From the NCBI RefSeq assembly GCF_009914755.1, contig NC_060935.1: 64,000 bases of DNA; one strand, given 5' to 3'. The DNA comes from the human T2T-CHM13v2.0 reference genome, Homo sapiens. Position 1 is the first letter of the stretch; every line of letters starts with the position of its first letter. The notes beneath the pieces are model-generated. The model saw only the letters and a program-made list of their open reading frames with translations. It did no database searches and was not told where the DNA came from. Below, piece by piece: positions 61,220-64,000 of the stretch. The position numbers and the translations under genes are program-made.

Positions 61220-62160
61220 GTAGATCAGGAGCCAACTTTGGGATGTGTTGGTTTGAGATATTCAGTCTGGAGTTCAGGGGAAAGGTCTGGGCTGGAGATA
61301 GAAATTTGGAAGTGATTGGATTTTGGGTGGTTTATCCACAGTTTGGAGACTGGATTAGATAACCAAGGAAGTAAGTATATAAACAGAAGGGAAGAGGACC
61401 AAATACTCAGAATACTCAGCACTGGACCCTCTCATATTAAAAGCTAAAGGAGAAGAACAGTTTGAAGGGGAGCTAGTGAGGAAAATCAAGAGAGGGTCGT
61501 GTCTTGAAAACCAAGCGAATAAAGTATTTGCAGGAAGGTGGAGTGATCAATTGTCAAATGCTACCAATGAGTCAAGTAACATGGGACTGACAATTGCCCA
61601 TAAGATTTAGTAACATGGTAACCTTGACAAGAGAAGTTTTGGTGGAGTGACAGAGGTCAACAACTGATTGGGTTAGGTTTAAGAGTGAATGGGAGAAGAA
61701 AATGTGTTAGAAGAGTTTTGCTGTAAAAGAAGAAAAATGATTGGTGGCTGAAGAGTAAGTGAAATCAACAAAAGTAGTTTGTTTATATTTTAAGATGAGA
61801 AAAGGAAGAGCATGTTGTAGGCTGACAGGAATTATCCAGTAGAGAAGGGGAAAAATGATTTAAATGTTGCGGGAGGATTGGTAGAGCCTGTCCTTGAGTC
61901 AGCAGGAGTAATCTGGATCTAGTGGTCAAGGAGAGAGGGCTGGACTTGAGAACTGCAGAGCTCTGGTAACCCCAGAAAAATGGGATTATAGTTCAGAGGC
62001 CACTTCTGTCCATACAGATGGTGGTAGCAATTTCAGAAAGTTTTTTTCCGAAAATTAGGAAGCAAGGCTGTTAGCTGAAAGTGAGGACAGGGGAGTGCTG
62101 GCAGGCTGAGAAGAGAAGGTGGAAGACAGCCATCCCAGAAGCCATGGAGAATGAGGGGAC
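61220..62160 (-). mobile_element. Degraded LINE-2 fragment
   Basis: gtctggagttcaggggaaaggtctgggctggagatagaaatttgg; accttgacaagagaagttttggtggagtg. Confidence 0.7.
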
Positions 62161-62774
62161 TGTCTGCAGGGCAGATTATCTAGTCATAATATTCACTTTC
62201 AATTCCACATACCAGTTATGAAAAGCTTCTTTTACCCCAGAAATTCAGCTAGCAAGTATCTACTCTCCCTGATGTCAATCAATTTTCATTACAAATACTT
62301 AGGACAAAGAGACACTAGATAATGAATAAGAGGTAATATTAACAAATAAGAGAGAAGGTTCTGTGGGTTCCAATCTCAGCTCTACCATTTTATTTACTAT
62401 TTATCTGTGCAAGTGATTTAAAATCTTTGTGTTTAATATAACACATTTAGCCAAGTTCCTGACATATGTGTTCAATAAATGCCACTATTATGAAATGTGT
62501 TCAGAACCTAACTGAATTTTTTTGGAAGATTTTTTAGCAAGTTAGAAAATCTTATTTCAAAATGTTTATGTATGAAACTATAAAATTTTGATCTCTTATA
62601 ATACCTTCACAACAAAATCAAATAACAGTGGAATCATCCCCAAAGACTTGTTTTCAAAATGCTATCTACAAAACAACAGTGTCTTTCAAACAGAAGTTAC
62701 CTCCTTTTTTCTATCATGAACATTATCTTTAACTTGAAGGGGCAGATTAACTGTACCTTCTGCTAAATATCTTC

Positions 62775-63075
62775 TTTTTTTTTTTTCCAGAGTCTTGCTC
62801 TGTCACCCAGGCTGGAGTGCAGTGGTGTGATCTCCACTCACTGTAAGCTCCACCTCCTAGGTTCATGCCATTCTCCTGCCTCAGCCTCCTGAGTAGCTGG
62901 GACTACAGGCACCCACCACCATGCCTGGCTATTTTTTTTTTTTTTGTATTTTTAGTAGAGACGGGGTTTCTTTCACCGTGTTAGCCAGGATGGTCACGAT
63001 CTCCTGACCTCGTGATCTGCCCACCTCGGCCTTCCAGAGTGCTGGGATTACAGGCGTGAGCCATTGCACCCGGCC
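62775..63075 (-). mobile_element. Alu (AluY-like), reverse
   Basis: Poly(T), Alu body; TSD atatcttct on both sides. Confidence 0.95.
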
Positions 63076-64000
63076 TATATATCTTCTAAGTATCATACTA
63101 CTGAGACACTTGTCATCATAGGAAAGGTCAGCAATCTGAAATGCATATCCTTTTATAAAGGAAAATGTAAACAGCAAAAATTTACTTAAGGGTTGGGAGG
63201 TAGCTGGAGGTAATTAAAACATGAGATAGTAAACAATTCCAAGTTTGCTATCAGGCACTACCAGCCTAGGGATTTATGGATTGTTGCCTGCAATAGGGAA
63301 ATTCTCACAGGCATCTACTCTCCTTGAGCCCTTGCTTCCTACTCAGTTGTTAGGCCCTTTCTATTTCCTACTCCTTGCCCCAGCTGCTAGCCTACAATTC
63401 CCTAATTTCTATTAAAATAGTACATAGAGAGGTTCAGTTCTTCATACTTTCATCCGCCCCCCCATCCAAAGTGGCCTCTGGATGGGCCTTTGCACAAAGA
63501 AACACTCACTGAAGTGCTCTGCTTAAAGAAGATAAACCATTGTGGTCTCCACTGTTAATTACAAAAAAGTTGCCACAAACTTTGAAATTACAATAATTTT
63601 TAAGATTTAATATTTTTAATCTAATACTTAGTCAGGATTCAGACTTTCTCCTTCCATACCCCGCATTTAAACACCAGGGTTAGATCTTCCTGTCCTATAC
63701 TTCCACAATTCTCAGCTCACACCTCTCATAGATATTACCAGACTGCATTTCTGCAACGTGTTTATGTGCCTTTCTCCTAAGTTATGAATTTGGCTCATCC
63801 ATTTTTGAGTCTCAATATTTAACACAAATCCAGGCACAAAACGGCATTATTTTTGGTATAAATTAATAAATAAGCAGACGACTAAATGAAGTGACAAACC
63901 AGAACATCTCAATTCTCATAAGTTATTTTGTGCACAAAAATTATATTATTTCAATATCCTGCTGAGGACATTATGTAGAATATAATACAAACAATTTGAA

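Overview
Primate (human-like) genomic DNA from the middle of the progesterone receptor gene PGR (NR3C3), transcribed on the minus strand. Three coding exons are present with canonical AG/GT boundaries: exon 3 (41259-41375, 117 nt, second zinc finger), exon 4 (11965-12270, 306 nt, hinge/NLS and start of the LBD) and exon 5 (965-1109, 145 nt, LBD). The rest is intron, dominated by transposon relics: a head-to-tail L1PA7-like pair under one target-site duplication, an older L1PA15/16-like element carrying a complete MST-type MaLR provirus and four Alus, a 5'-truncated L1PA, a near full-length Tigger1, MER1B, MER20, Tigger3a, solo THE1 and MLT1/MST LTRs, many Alus, and L2/MIR fragments. The most unusual observations are: (1) a MER1B rebuilt by a perfect 28-bp fold-back plus a ~90-bp templated copy of sequence 4.7 kb away, whose hairpin would mask a consensus 5' splice site on the PGR strand; (2) an L1 tandem whose two copies share many variants and a single TSD, suggesting one template-jumping insertion; (3) a stop-free, in-frame 423-nt exon 3+4 circle flanked by inverted Alus; (4) a composite ER8/ERE-like element in intron 3; (5) the intron-3-encoded PR-M leader and an L1 antisense promoter/ORF0 pointing at exon 4. 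Repeat subfamily calls are by eye and approximate.
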